A DNA stretch of 52,964 nt from a virus. Taxonomy: Duplodnaviria; Caudoviricetes. How positions within the stretch are numbered: the first letter of the stretch is position 1; each line of letters starts with the position of its first letter. The stretch lies in IMG/VR virus record IMGVR_UViG_3300037351_000019, positions 1 to 52,964 of that record; one strand, given 5' to 3'. This document shows positions 26,420 to 36,270 of this stretch, piece by piece. A program made the position numbers and the translations under genes. The notes under the pieces are model-generated. The model was not told the origin of the DNA and did no database searches. It saw only the letters and a program-made list of their open reading frames with translations.

Positions 26420-27643
26420 ATGACTGAAGCAACACTCCCACCTGGTGGAATCGTTTTCGCGAAGTGCACGCGCATCGCGCAACTCGACGCCTCGGGATTC
26501 ATCATCCCCGGCGCTGACGTCTTCGTGACCGACCAGGCCATGAAAGTCACCATCACACCCGTCAACGAGGCCGGCGACACTGGAGCGATCAAGAACGCTG
26601 CCGGAAACCTTGGCGTGTGGTATCTACGTGGCGACATCCCCAAGTGGTACACGATCGACCTCGAAATGGTCTACCCCGATCCTCAGATCGAAGCGTTGCT
26701 CACGGGTGGGACGTTGTTCTCGGACAACGCCACAGCCCTCGGTGCGCCGAGTGGTGCGCCGACGACGGTACTCGAGGCCGCTGGTGGCACGTTGCCTGCG
26801 GGAACTTACGACTACGCCTACGCGCTCTACAGCGTCTTTGGGCGCACGCCTATCGGACCGGATGAGCACCTCGTCGTCTCTTCGGGTAGTGCGAACCAGA
26901 TCGTCATCTCGGGATTTTCGTTCTCGACCTCCCTCGGAGCCGTTGTCTACGGTCGCTACATCGGCACCTTGCAGGCCCTCGGGACCGTGCCGAACATCGG
27001 CACCCAGGACACGTCTGCTGCTTCAGGAACCGGGGTTGTGACTTCCTTGGCTGTGACGGCGCTCACGGAGCCGCTGCCGGCCGGAATGACCTTCCAGATC
27101 ACCGGCGACACCAACACGGCCAAAATCGTCTTCACCGTCACCGAAACCGCCGCTGTCGGTGCGGTGACGGTTGCGGTCTCTGCCCCTTCGATCACGACCA
27201 CGATCGCTGCCGCTGCACTGATCCCGGTCTTCGTCGACACCGGCGCTGCCAAGCCCTCGGGTGTACCGAACGTCACTGACCAATCGGCTGGTCCCGGCAT
27301 TGGTGTTGGTCAGCAAGCTCCCGCACCTGGAGTTGTAGCCAATCCCAATGGCGTTTCCTTGGAGTTCTTCATGGAGCGCTTCACGGACGGCCACCAAGAC
27401 CCGAACGTCCCCTACACCTGGTTCGCGCTGCCGCTGTGCACGTACTTCGTCGTTGGAGCGAGAGATGTCACTGACGCTGAGTTGCAGGCGGTCTACACCG
27501 GAACGGCGTTCCCGAATCCCAACTGGGGTGCAGGTCCAAGCGGTCAGTGGCCCTTCGACTCTTCGGAGATCCTCCAGTGGACGGCCTGTGGCGCGGACGT
27601 CGTACCGACGCCGTCCTACGTGGCTCAAGCCGCTGGCGCCTAA
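26420..27643 (+). CDS. Major tail (tube) protein with inserted domain(s)
   Basis: RIAQLDASG, KNAAG, DPQI..LLTG and NPNWG.GP motifs; RBS AAGGAG. Confidence 0.8.
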   Translation: MTEATLPPGGIVFAKCTRIAQLDASGFIIPGADVFVTDQAMKVTITPVNEAGDTGAIKNAAGNLGVWYLRGDIPKWYTIDLEMVYPDPQIEALLTGGTLFSDNATALGAPSGAPTTVLEAAGGTLPAGTYDYAYALYSVFGRTPIGPDEHLVVSSGSANQIVISGFSFSTSLGAVVYGRYIGTLQALGTVPNIGTQDTSAASGTGVVTSLAVTALTEPLPAGMTFQITGDTNTAKIVFTVTETAAVGAVTVAVSAPSITTTIAAAALIPVFVDTGAAKPSGVPNVTDQSAGPGIGVGQQAPAPGVVANPNGVSLEFFMERFTDGHQDPNVPYTWFALPLCTYFVVGARDVTDAELQAVYTGTAFPNPNWGAGPSGQWPFDSSEILQWTACGADVVPTPSYVAQAAGA

Positions 27644-28569
27644 GCAAAGGGGCTGGGCCCATTCCGCGTACGTCGAGTTGTCAGCCATGGATCACGGGCG
27701 ATGACGTCATCAACTCGATCGCGATTCAATCTGCCATTGCTTCAATAAACGCGACCAACGCTCAGTCAATCCCGGTCGTCGATCCAATAAGTGATGAGGT
27801 AGTTTCCGTCATCTGTGCCGAGGCTGCGCAAGCCGCGACCGAAATCCTCTACGAACGAACCGCCCATAGATTCACCGGGACCTGCGGTCCTGTGACGATC
27901 CGCCCAGTCTCGAGGCCGGTCAATGCTGATATGCGCGCATGGGTTTCAGCGGGGTGGGGATCATGGGGTTATGGCTGGGGGGCTTCGATGGTGAACAACC
28001 TCGGTCAGCCTCCGGTCATGTCCCTCTACGCCGAGGACACGGCACCGTACATCGAGCTGTACGACTACCCCGTGACTTCAATCGTTGAGATCAAAATAAA
28101 CGGCGAGATCATCCCCCCGGATGAATACGAACTTCGCGAGTACAAGTGGCTCCTGAGAAAACTCCCAACCGCCCAGTCCCAACCCACTGAAGTGTGGGGC
28201 TGGCCCGTGAGTCAAATCCAGTGGCTCCCTGACACGGAACAATCGACGTTCTCCGTCACCTACGAGTTCGGCCAGGACTGCGGTTCCGGTGGACGAATGG
28301 CCTGCAAAGCCTTGGCCGAGAATCTCGCTCTGCCGGCCTTCGGTGATCCCAACGCCTACCCCGAACGCGTTACAACCATCAATCGCCAAGGCGTCACGGC
28401 TGAAATCGCTTCACAGATCGACGTCATGTCCAAAGGCGGTCCTACAGGTCTTCGAACGGTCGATATGTGGCTTCGAGCGGTCAATCCGTCGCTCTTGATG
28501 AAAAAGCCTCTAGTCTTTTCACCAGATACCGCGAGAAATCAGCGCCAACAGTTTCCAAGTCCAACCTAA
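27577..28569 (+). CDS. Head-to-tail adaptor (start uncertain)
   Basis: CQPW, A..IL...T..RF.G.C..TIRP, WP..Q and RVTTINRQGV motifs. Confidence 0.7.
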   Translation: MDGLWRGRRTDAVLRGSSRWRLSKGAGPIPRTSSCQPWITGDDVINSIAIQSAIASINATNAQSIPVVDPISDEVVSVICAEAAQAATEILYERTAHRFTGTCGPVTIRPVSRPVNADMRAWVSAGWGSWGYGWGASMVNNLGQPPVMSLYAEDTAPYIELYDYPVTSIVEIKINGEIIPPDEYELREYKWLLRKLPTAQSQPTEVWGWPVSQIQWLPDTEQSTFSVTYEFGQDCGSGGRMACKALAENLALPAFGDPNAYPERVTTINRQGVTAEIASQIDVMSKGGPTGLRTVDMWLRAVNPSLLMKKPLVFSPDTARNQRQQFPSPT

Positions 28570-28577
28570 GGAGCATC

Positions 28578-28820
28578 ATGAGCGAAGAAAACCCCGAGGT
28601 CATTGCGGCCTCGGACAGTCACGAGTCCAACGACGACCCGAAGTTGATCCAGGAACAGCCCGAGCGCGATCCTGTCATCGTGGAGAAGGAAGTCGACGGC
28701 GAGAAGGTTCAAGTCTCCGCCGCCCCCGGCCATTCCGATGACGAGACGTCAGACGTCGACGTCATCGAAGTCGAAGACGGCCCCGGAACGTACGAGTATG
28801 AGAAGGAGCCCAATGAGTGA
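28578..28820 (+). CDS. Acidic hypothetical protein
   Basis: RBS AAGGAG. Confidence 0.55.
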   Translation: MSEENPEVIAASDSHESNDDPKLIQEQPERDPVIVEKEVDGEKVQVSAAPGHSDDETSDVDVIEVEDGPGTYEYEKEPNE

Positions 28821-28952
28821 CACGGATCCCTTTGCCGACCCGAATCAAAGTGCGCCTGCCAAGAAAGAGGCGGTGGCCGATCCTGAGAAGGAAACGCAAG
28901 TGGTAAAGCCGCCACCGTTCTTGACGAACGTCGACCACTCGATCGGTGGTAA

Positions 28953-29279
28953 GTGATGGCTGAAGTGTTTCCCGTGAAACGTTTCACGCGCATCACCACG
29001 AAGGAAGAGCGCGATCAGTTGATTCGTGAGTTCGAACGCAGCGATCTTGGAGTGCAGCAGTCCATCGTCGAGCACTTCAAGAGCCAATCTGTCTCAGGAC
29101 TCAGGGACTACGTGCAGAACCTTCGTGACATGGGCCATTTCTCGGATTCCCCTGAGAAGGCCCCAGAAGGCGATTTTGAGGATGTTAAAACTACAGGCGT
29201 GAATGAGTCGGCGTCAGCCGCAAAGTCGCACACGCCTGGCACAGCGGACGACGACGAGCCAACTGACAACACTGAGTAG
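28953..29279 (+). CDS. Hypothetical protein
   Basis: Translationally coupled ORF in the tail region. Confidence 0.55.
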   Translation: MMAEVFPVKRFTRITTKEERDQLIREFERSDLGVQQSIVEHFKSQSVSGLRDYVQNLRDMGHFSDSPEKAPEGDFEDVKTTGVNESASAAKSHTPGTADDDEPTDNTE

Positions 29280-29281
29280 CC

Positions 29282-29791
29282 GTGCGCGCGAGCGATCTCG
29301 GCCAGTCGGCAAATGACCTCCTTGAGGCGTTCAAGGAGCAACTAGCCCTCGTCCCTAATTTCACCCTGCCAGGTAACCAATACGTCGGCGCTGGGGAGAT
29401 TCCGTGGGACAAGCCAGGGCTCTACGTCTATCTAGGGGACGCCTCGACTGGTCAACCCGGCAAGCCCGAAACTCAGAACATCGGATCCTCAAGGGGCATC
29501 TTCTACCGCGTGAGTTTCTACGTGATGATCCTTCGAGTCGTCGCGACCTTTGGCTACTTCAATGACGGGGGAGTCTCAACCGCCCCTGACGCGGTCTTGA
29601 ACGCGAATGGAACCCAGGCCGTCCGTGACGCCGGCGCACTCTTGCAGGCCGCCGCCGCCATCAAAGCCTCGGACACGATCGTCTCAAGTCAAAACGCGGG
29701 CTTCGTCGTCGGTCAACTAACTCCTTTAGGTCCGCAAGGCGGCATGGCCGCGATGCGACTGTTGCTCGACTTCTCCATCGAGGCGTACTGA
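29282..29791 (+). CDS. Putative tail terminator / head-tail completion protein
   Basis: GEIPWD and PLGPQGG motifs; synteny. Confidence 0.6.
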   Translation: MRASDLGQSANDLLEAFKEQLALVPNFTLPGNQYVGAGEIPWDKPGLYVYLGDASTGQPGKPETQNIGSSRGIFYRVSFYVMILRVVATFGYFNDGGVSTAPDAVLNANGTQAVRDAGALLQAAAAIKASDTIVSSQNAGFVVGQLTPLGPQGGMAAMRLLLDFSIEAY

Positions 29792-29792
29792 G

Positions 29793-30188
29793 ATGGCGTA
29801 CAAGCTCATCATCGACGGCTTGGCCGTAGAGAACATGTTGCACTCGCCTGACGGACTCATCGGTCGCTACATGATCGGCAAATCCCAGGTCGTGCAAAAC
29901 GCCGCCGTACGAGACTGCCCCAAGCGAACGGGGAGGCTCTCAGAATCCATCGTGAAGCGTTTCTACGACTCAGACGATGGATTCACCGTCGTCATTGCAG
30001 CCCTACAGCCCTACGCACTGTACGTACATGAGGGGACGAAAGCTCACACGGTCTATCCGAAGAAAGCCAAGGCGCTTCGTTGGTACGTCGATGGCAAGCC
30101 AGTCTTTGCGATGAAGGCCAACATCCCTGCGCGCGCTGGCCGACCGTTCCTCTCTCAAAATCTTTACTTGTTTTTTCAACCGCTGTAA
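29793..30188 (+). CDS. HK97 gp10-like tail completion protein
   Basis: CPKRTGRLSESI, YALYVHEGT..H, KALRW and RPFL motifs. Confidence 0.8.
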   Translation: MAYKLIIDGLAVENMLHSPDGLIGRYMIGKSQVVQNAAVRDCPKRTGRLSESIVKRFYDSDDGFTVVIAALQPYALYVHEGTKAHTVYPKKAKALRWYVDGKPVFAMKANIPARAGRPFLSQNLYLFFQPL

Positions 30189-30206
30189 GCCCACGAAAGG
30201 AAAGCA

Positions 30207-30641
30207 ATGCCCACATTAAAACCAGTCGAGATCGAAAGTACGGTCGACGTCGAACCGGTGACGATCCCGTTCATCGGCAACACGGACAAGGGAAAGGTGA
30301 CCACGGAGATTCGTTTTGCTGGCAGACTCCCTGCCGGTGTTGCCCTGGACATGATCAAAGTAACCGACATAAACGGCAACGTCGATTTCAACGCGGCGAT
30401 CAAGTACGTCGATTCGTGCGTGATTGAAGAGGACCGAGCCAAGTGGGAAGAGTTAGTCCATTCCACTGAGATCATCGTCGAGCAGTCGCACTTACTCGCT
30501 GCCTACGCCACCCTTGGGGAGTTCTACACCAAACGCCCTACCAAGCGGCGGTCCGACTCGCGCACTGGTCCGTCTTCTACGAAGTCGACCTCTCGGTCCG
30601 CTGCACGCTCGCCAAAGTCGACCAAAACGAACTCTCGCTAA
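30207..30641 (+). CDS. Tail assembly chaperone (G)
   Basis: Upstream of the tape measure; ends YTKRPT plus a Ser/Arg-rich tail. Confidence 0.75.
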   Translation: MPTLKPVEIESTVDVEPVTIPFIGNTDKGKVTTEIRFAGRLPAGVALDMIKVTDINGNVDFNAAIKYVDSCVIEEDRAKWEELVHSTEIIVEQSHLLAAYATLGEFYTKRPTKRRSDSRTGPSSTKSTSRSAARSPKSTKTNSR

Positions 30642-30865
30642 AGGAATGGTTGGACCTCGTGTACGTCTTTCTTCTCGATGAACTAAGCGGAGGATTCAAT
30701 CCGCGTTTCGAGACACGTCGACACCTGGACGATCAACTTCTAGAACCCTTCATCGCGGATGAAGAACGCCCCGGTTCACAGACTGAAGACGAGGCTCGAA
30801 AGGCCAAAGAAGCCGCACTACTCGCCCAAGGTCGTGACGAAGAGATACAGAGTAAGTGGCGATGA
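30536..30865 (+). CDS. Tail assembly chaperone frameshift extension (GT, -1 frame)
   Basis: The -1 frame is open from 30470 to 30865 and reads PYQAAVRLAHW...KVDQNELSLKEWLDLVY. Confidence 0.65.
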   Translation, partial: PYQAAVRLAHWSVFYEVDLSVRCTLAKVDQNELSLKEWLDLVYVFLLDELSGGFNPRFETRRHLDDQLLEPFIADEERPGSQTEDEARKAKEAALLAQGRDEEIQSKWR

Positions 30866-33555
30866 TCACCACTGTCGGCGAAGCCCAGATCATTGTTAGA
30901 GCAAATACCGCCCAGGTCAAAGAGGACTTGGCTGCAACTGACGTCGCCTCCGATGGTTCTCTAGCAACGAAGGCCGGTGATGCCGGCGAGGATGCGGGCG
31001 CTGCGCTGTCGAGTGGTTTCGGCCAAGGTGCGAAAGACATTGGAAAAGACGCCGAGAAGGACGCCGAAGAGAGCACCAGTCGAATCAAGGCACTGTATGA
31101 GGACGTCGGTTCCAAAGCCTCAAATACGTTGTCGAACTTCGGCGTTCCTTCGGCGCTACTAAAAGGAAACGCCGTCGCCGCACTAAGTATCGGTGCTGTC
31201 GCTGCGGTCGCAGTGAAGTTCGGCTCCGACATGCAAAAAGCCGATGCCTCAATCGCTACTTCTGCGGGGATAACAGTGAAGGCCGCGACCGATATCGGCA
31301 ATGCCTTCCTAGATACTGGCGGAAAGGTCGAGTTCTCGGGGATCAAGCAAGCACAGTCATTCGCAACCGTCGCTGGTGAACTCAAAGCCGTACAAGGCGG
31401 GGCGTTATCGACCGCCGACGCGAACAAGTTCATGGCCTCGTCGATGGACTTGGCCTCAGCGAGCGGTGACGACTTAACGGATACGTCTCAAACGCTTGCT
31501 GGTGTCCTCCAAGCATTCCAGATGCCGATCAAAGATACCGCATCAGCAGCGAATATTCTTTTCAACGCGACGAGTCAGACCGGAGAAAGTCTCGATACGC
31601 TCGCGACTGCTCTTGAGACGACGAAATCGAAACTCGGCGCGACTTCCCCGCCCTTGTCATCGTTGACCGCCCTTGTCGTTGACATGACGCACGCAGGAAT
31701 CACCGGGCGATCGGCGCTGACGGGAGTCAACACCGCACTAACAGGACTCTTAGGTGCGGCCACTGGAACGACGAAGGCCAATCTCTTAGCCAACTCGACT
31801 CTGAAGCAGTACGGAGTCAATGCGTTGCAGGCCAACGGTCAGTTGACCCCGCTCTCAACTATCATCGAAAAGCTCGCTCCGAAATATGCGACGATGACCC
31901 AGGCGCAGCAACTCGCAACGTCGACGATAATCTTCGGTTCGGGCGCAGCCAAGCAGATGACCGCCGTCATCAACGCCGGGACGACTGCGTTCGTGAATTC
32001 GACCAACGCAGTGACGAAGAACAACGCAGTAACAAATGCTGCCGCACTTCAGCAGGACACACTGTCTGGAAAGTTTGCCACTCTGAAATCAGCCGTTAGT
32101 GACGACGTAACAGAACTCGGTCAAGGTCTCGTCCCAGTCTTGACTGAAGTCGTTGGTGCTGCGCTTCCCGTCATCAAGGCCCTCGTTGATGTCGTTGGAT
32201 GGTTCGAGAAAGGTTCGACTGAAGCGAAGATCGTCGCTGGTGTGATTCTCGCGACATTGGCGCCGGCACTGCTCAAGATGGCCTCTGACGCAGTGACGTC
32301 GGCGGCACGCTCAGTCGTCGCGTTCGTCACGATGGACAAGGCAGCGACGACGACGGCAACGACCGTGGCGACGGAGGCAGGCGCAACGGGAGCCTCAATT
32401 GAAACCATTGGCGCGGCCGCCACGGAGACTGCGGGCGTCGTTGAAGGCGAGACCGTCGCGATGAGCGCAGCATTTACCGCCATGCTTGGTCCTATCGCTG
32501 CGGTAGGCGCAGCGATTCTCGGTCTCAAAGAACTCGGTGATCACGTCACCTTGGGTAACGAGGTGAACAGTTCGTCAGGGTTGCAGGCCAAATACGACCA
32601 AGCGGCCAAGGGTGCGAAGTCGACGAAGCAACTGGACGATACGAATAAGGCGTTCGAAGAACTCGCGAAGGTCGCCGGATTCACCTTGCAACTCAAAACC
32701 TCACTTGACGCGAACACGAAAGCACTTGAAGGCCCGGAGAACCGTCAGTTCGCGCCATCGAACTTCACCGACACGAAGCGCGCCATCGACGCCTACATCA
32801 ATCCTCCGAACACGGCTGCGCAAAAAGCGGCAGCCGCCGCGAAGAAGAAGGCCGAAGAAGCAGCGAAGAAATCCGCGACGGCCGCAGCGGAGGCCGCGAA
32901 GAAAACCGGCGATGCAATCGTCAAAGCCCAAACCGATTTGACTACCGAAGTCGTCGCGGCGATCAAAGAACCTCTCTCGAAGGGCGTTGAACAACTCAAA
33001 GCTTTAGGAGTACCAGCGAACAAGGCCACGCAGGTCTTGAAGGACGCCGTCAAGCCCTTCACTGACGCAGTGACGGCCTTGGAGAAGGCGGGTTTCACTG
33101 CCGTAGAAGCAGTGAAGATCGCCGACGCTGGTCAGGCTGAACTCACGAAGGAGGCCAAGACCGCAGCAGCAGCGGCCAAGGCTGCGGCAAAGAAGGCTGT
33201 GGATGACACGACGTCAAGTCTGACCGCACTCACGGTGAACGGAATCGCAGTCTCAGGTTCCATCTACCGCGCGGCCATTGGTGCGGCCTACAAGATTCAA
33301 ACTGGCGCGAACCTGAATGCCACTGGCAACGTTTCACCGGTAACGCCTCCGATCGTCTCGGCGCCAATCGCTCCCGCGCCAACGCAGTCGCTCAGTCGCG
33401 GTGTCGTCTTTGAGTCCGGTGCGATTCAGATTCACCCAGCACCAGGGAATGACGCGGCCTCACTTGCGGCGACGAAGAGTTACATTGACCAGATGCTGCG
33501 ACAACTCACGAGCGAACTCCGAGGGGGAGTATCAATGACGAGTGTGATCCGATGA
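30856..33555 (+). CDS. Tape measure protein
   Basis: VGEAQIIVRA N-terminus; Ala-rich helical composition; TP901-like core (MDLASASG, IFGSGA). Confidence 0.9.
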   Translation: MAMITTVGEAQIIVRANTAQVKEDLAATDVASDGSLATKAGDAGEDAGAALSSGFGQGAKDIGKDAEKDAEESTSRIKALYEDVGSKASNTLSNFGVPSALLKGNAVAALSIGAVAAVAVKFGSDMQKADASIATSAGITVKAATDIGNAFLDTGGKVEFSGIKQAQSFATVAGELKAVQGGALSTADANKFMASSMDLASASGDDLTDTSQTLAGVLQAFQMPIKDTASAANILFNATSQTGESLDTLATALETTKSKLGATSPPLSSLTALVVDMTHAGITGRSALTGVNTALTGLLGAATGTTKANLLANSTLKQYGVNALQANGQLTPLSTIIEKLAPKYATMTQAQQLATSTIIFGSGAAKQMTAVINAGTTAFVNSTNAVTKNNAVTNAAALQQDTLSGKFATLKSAVSDDVTELGQGLVPVLTEVVGAALPVIKALVDVVGWFEKGSTEAKIVAGVILATLAPALLKMASDAVTSAARSVVAFVTMDKAATTTATTVATEAGATGASIETIGAAATETAGVVEGETVAMSAAFTAMLGPIAAVGAAILGLKELGDHVTLGNEVNSSSGLQAKYDQAAKGAKSTKQLDDTNKAFEELAKVAGFTLQLKTSLDANTKALEGPENRQFAPSNFTDTKRAIDAYINPPNTAAQKAAAAAKKKAEEAAKKSATAAAEAAKKTGDAIVKAQTDLTTEVVAAIKEPLSKGVEQLKALGVPANKATQVLKDAVKPFTDAVTALEKAGFTAVEAVKIADAGQAELTKEAKTAAAAAKAAAKKAVDDTTSSLTALTVNGIAVSGSIYRAAIGAAYKIQTGANLNATGNVSPVTPPIVSAPIAPAPTQSLSRGVVFESGAIQIHPAPGNDAASLAATKSYIDQMLRQLTSELRGGVSMTSVIR

Positions 33556-33944
33556 GCGACGCAACTATCACTGACGGGACGACGACGATCACCTTCATTG
33601 GAAATCCCGATTTCAAACCGCTCATCCACAACAACGGCGCAGCGTACTACCCACTGGACTACCCCTACACCGTGTTGACAGTTGACGTAGCTCGAAGAGG
33701 TGGGACGTGGACGATGGTCGCTATTGACCCTGATACCGGGACATCATCCCAGGCCGCTGATGATGCATTGTGGGCCATGCTGATGGAGAACGTTCCGTTG
33801 ACGATCACTTTCCCCGACGGCTCGACGATGGTCGTTGGACTAGACCCCGCGACTGATCCAGTCGGAACCGCGCAGTATTCCATTTGGCTGAATAACTACG
33901 TCAACACCTGGACGGTGAAGTTCTTCGAAGTCGACGAGGCGTAA
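33552..33944 (+). CDS. Putative distal tail protein
   Basis: Immediately after the TMP. Confidence 0.55.
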   Translation: MSDATITDGTTTITFIGNPDFKPLIHNNGAAYYPLDYPYTVLTVDVARRGGTWTMVAIDPDTGTSSQAADDALWAMLMENVPLTITFPDGSTMVVGLDPATDPVGTAQYSIWLNNYVNTWTVKFFEVDEA

Positions 33945-35662
33945 TGGCGGGGCAGTTATACGGAACCGACATTGATGGCGTCTCAATCGCTGATTGGCTC
34001 GCGGCGTACACCGTCCCGATTCTCAATCCAATCGGCTACGTCGAAATCTGGACAAGCATCAACGCTGGCTACACGTCACAGACGCTTCTCGGGACGTTCA
34101 GCTATGTCTCGGGAACGGTGAAGATTGACCGCTCAAACATCATCCGTCGCACTGCAACTGACATCGTCATCCTCAATGACCTCGACAACGACCCCGGCGG
34201 GAATCTCTTGCCAATCGCGGGCACTGACGATGGATGGTTCTCGCCGTACGGGAATGAGATGCGGATCTATAAAGGCACCAATGTCCCAACGAGTGGGACC
34301 GCAGCATCATGGTTAGGTTCTGGTCCGCCTGCCGTCCCATTCACTGTGGTAACCGGTGGGAGCGATAACGGAGTTTTCATCGTCCCTGACCTTCGGCCTG
34401 ATTATGTGTTCACCGTCGCGCCGGGAACGTACACGACCATTGCGGACTTGATGACGGCATTGAATGCAGCGATAGGGAACATCACGGGTAATCCTTTCTC
34501 GGACTACGGAGTGTTCACTTATGGATTCACGAGTGGATGCGAGTGGAACACGCCCGGCGTAGAGGGTAATCAATTCATCGAAGATACCTCTAGCAACTCG
34601 GGAATCATCCAAGCGTGGATCGGTGAAGGACTTCTTGGACCGTACTCATTCACGCTCACTGGCGGCACCGACTCAGTCGTTGCGACGTATGCGCAACTCG
34701 GAGTGTTCTTGATTGATGAGGTCGACATCAACCGAGACGCGAACGGGATGATCTTCAGCGGAACGATGAGCGACCGCATGGAATGGTTATCAAGATTATC
34801 GTTCCAACAAGCGTTCACCGGAGGCATTGTCCCTGGTGAGACGGTCACAGACGCCATCGTCGAGATAATCACGAATGCGGGTACCAGTTGGGGCTACACG
34901 ATGGAACCGTTCCCCGGCCTCGGTGCGATCTCTGATGCGGAACTCATCGACTCGCCCTCTCCACCGGCTCAATACGCGATAGGCGATGACCCCTCGAAAC
35001 TCGCGACCGACCTTGCGGCGGCGTACGGGTGTGTTCTCTACTTCGATTGTACCGGAACGATTCAGTTGGACCTCGTACCGGATCCGTCGAGCATCGTCCC
35101 GTGCGTTGAATACTTGTCGAACACTTCCACGTCTCCCTACACGATTTCTCGAGCGATAAGCAACCAACAAGTCCCGAATGTCATCTGTGTCGAATCAAGT
35201 GGGACCAAAGCCAACCCTCCAGTCACAGTGTGGTGGTGGGATTCGTACCCTGGATCTCCTACGTTCTACGCCGATGCGCCCGCGCACTGGGAAGACCCTC
35301 AATACACGTTGCCTGCGAACGCCGGGACCTATTCAGTGCTCTTGCAGAAGTTCACTACGAACATCCAACAAGGCGCCCCCGATGCGGCGCAAGCGATGGC
35401 ACTCGCAATTGGCCTTACCTCGATCGGCTCACTTGAGAAATCCACGTTCACATTGAGAGACCAACCAGCACACGATATTGATGATGTGATAACCGTCTAC
35501 AACCCGATTGCGGGTATCCCGGCCGACACGGGGATGAGTCAGGGACCCAACTCATCGGCCGACGGGTTCAACTACATCCTTGACCAGGTGACTATTGATC
35601 TGACGGCTGGCGGCCAGGGGACCCAAGCAGTCGGTCGATTGGTCTGGGCGCCTCCCTCATGA
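33944..35662 (+). CDS. Minor tail / hub protein with internal insertion
   Basis: GTVKIDRSNIIRR, PYGNEMRIYKG, LGVF.I, YFD..G and PNVI.V motifs. Confidence 0.7.
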   Translation: MAGQLYGTDIDGVSIADWLAAYTVPILNPIGYVEIWTSINAGYTSQTLLGTFSYVSGTVKIDRSNIIRRTATDIVILNDLDNDPGGNLLPIAGTDDGWFSPYGNEMRIYKGTNVPTSGTAASWLGSGPPAVPFTVVTGGSDNGVFIVPDLRPDYVFTVAPGTYTTIADLMTALNAAIGNITGNPFSDYGVFTYGFTSGCEWNTPGVEGNQFIEDTSSNSGIIQAWIGEGLLGPYSFTLTGGTDSVVATYAQLGVFLIDEVDINRDANGMIFSGTMSDRMEWLSRLSFQQAFTGGIVPGETVTDAIVEIITNAGTSWGYTMEPFPGLGAISDAELIDSPSPPAQYAIGDDPSKLATDLAAAYGCVLYFDCTGTIQLDLVPDPSSIVPCVEYLSNTSTSPYTISRAISNQQVPNVICVESSGTKANPPVTVWWWDSYPGSPTFYADAPAHWEDPQYTLPANAGTYSVLLQKFTTNIQQGAPDAAQAMALAIGLTSIGSLEKSTFTLRDQPAHDIDDVITVYNPIAGIPADTGMSQGPNSSADGFNYILDQVTIDLTAGGQGTQAVGRLVWAPPS

Positions 35663-36270
35663 GCGATACTCCCTCGTCGCAACTGCACGCGAGACTTCGT
35701 GACGTCGCGGACGCGGTGAGATCACAGGCAAACGTCGCGGTCCCAAAACAGACGATCACTCGTCTCGTGTGGGCTGTGGTCGTCACGGTGAATGCGTACA
35801 CGGTCGACGTCGCTCCGGGCGGCGCGACGGACGGCTCGCAGTGGTCCGACGTTAGTTTTCAGGGTTGGTATCAGCCAACGGAGGGCGACAACGTTCTTGT
35901 CATGGTCGACGGGTCCGACCGAATAATTCTTGGGACGATGGCCGGCGCCGGTGGTGGGATTCAGTCGTCTTTGGCTTACGCGATACTTGGACCGATTCCC
36001 AATCAAACATTTCCCGGCGTATTCGTGCCGAGCGGCAATGCGTATGTCGTCGGTGCGAAGGGAAAGACGAGCGCGGGATCACTCACGATGAAAGTGCAAG
36101 TCAATGGTTCTGACGTCACGGGGCTGACTGGACTGAGCGTGACCACCTCCGCAACCGCGTGGACATGCACGCCATATCGGATCCCCAATCTGACGGAGGT
36201 TCGCGGGGTTTCGACGAGTTCAACCGGAACGGGTGATATGTCCTTCAGCATCCTGACCGCGACGGTCTAG
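35659..36270 (+). CDS. Minor tail protein
   Basis: YQPTEGDNVLV OB-fold-like N-terminus. Confidence 0.65.
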   Translation: MSDTPSSQLHARLRDVADAVRSQANVAVPKQTITRLVWAVVVTVNAYTVDVAPGGATDGSQWSDVSFQGWYQPTEGDNVLVMVDGSDRIILGTMAGAGGGIQSSLAYAILGPIPNQTFPGVFVPSGNAYVVGAKGKTSAGSLTMKVQVNGSDVTGLTGLSVTTSATAWTCTPYRIPNLTEVRGVSTSSTGTGDMSFSILTATV

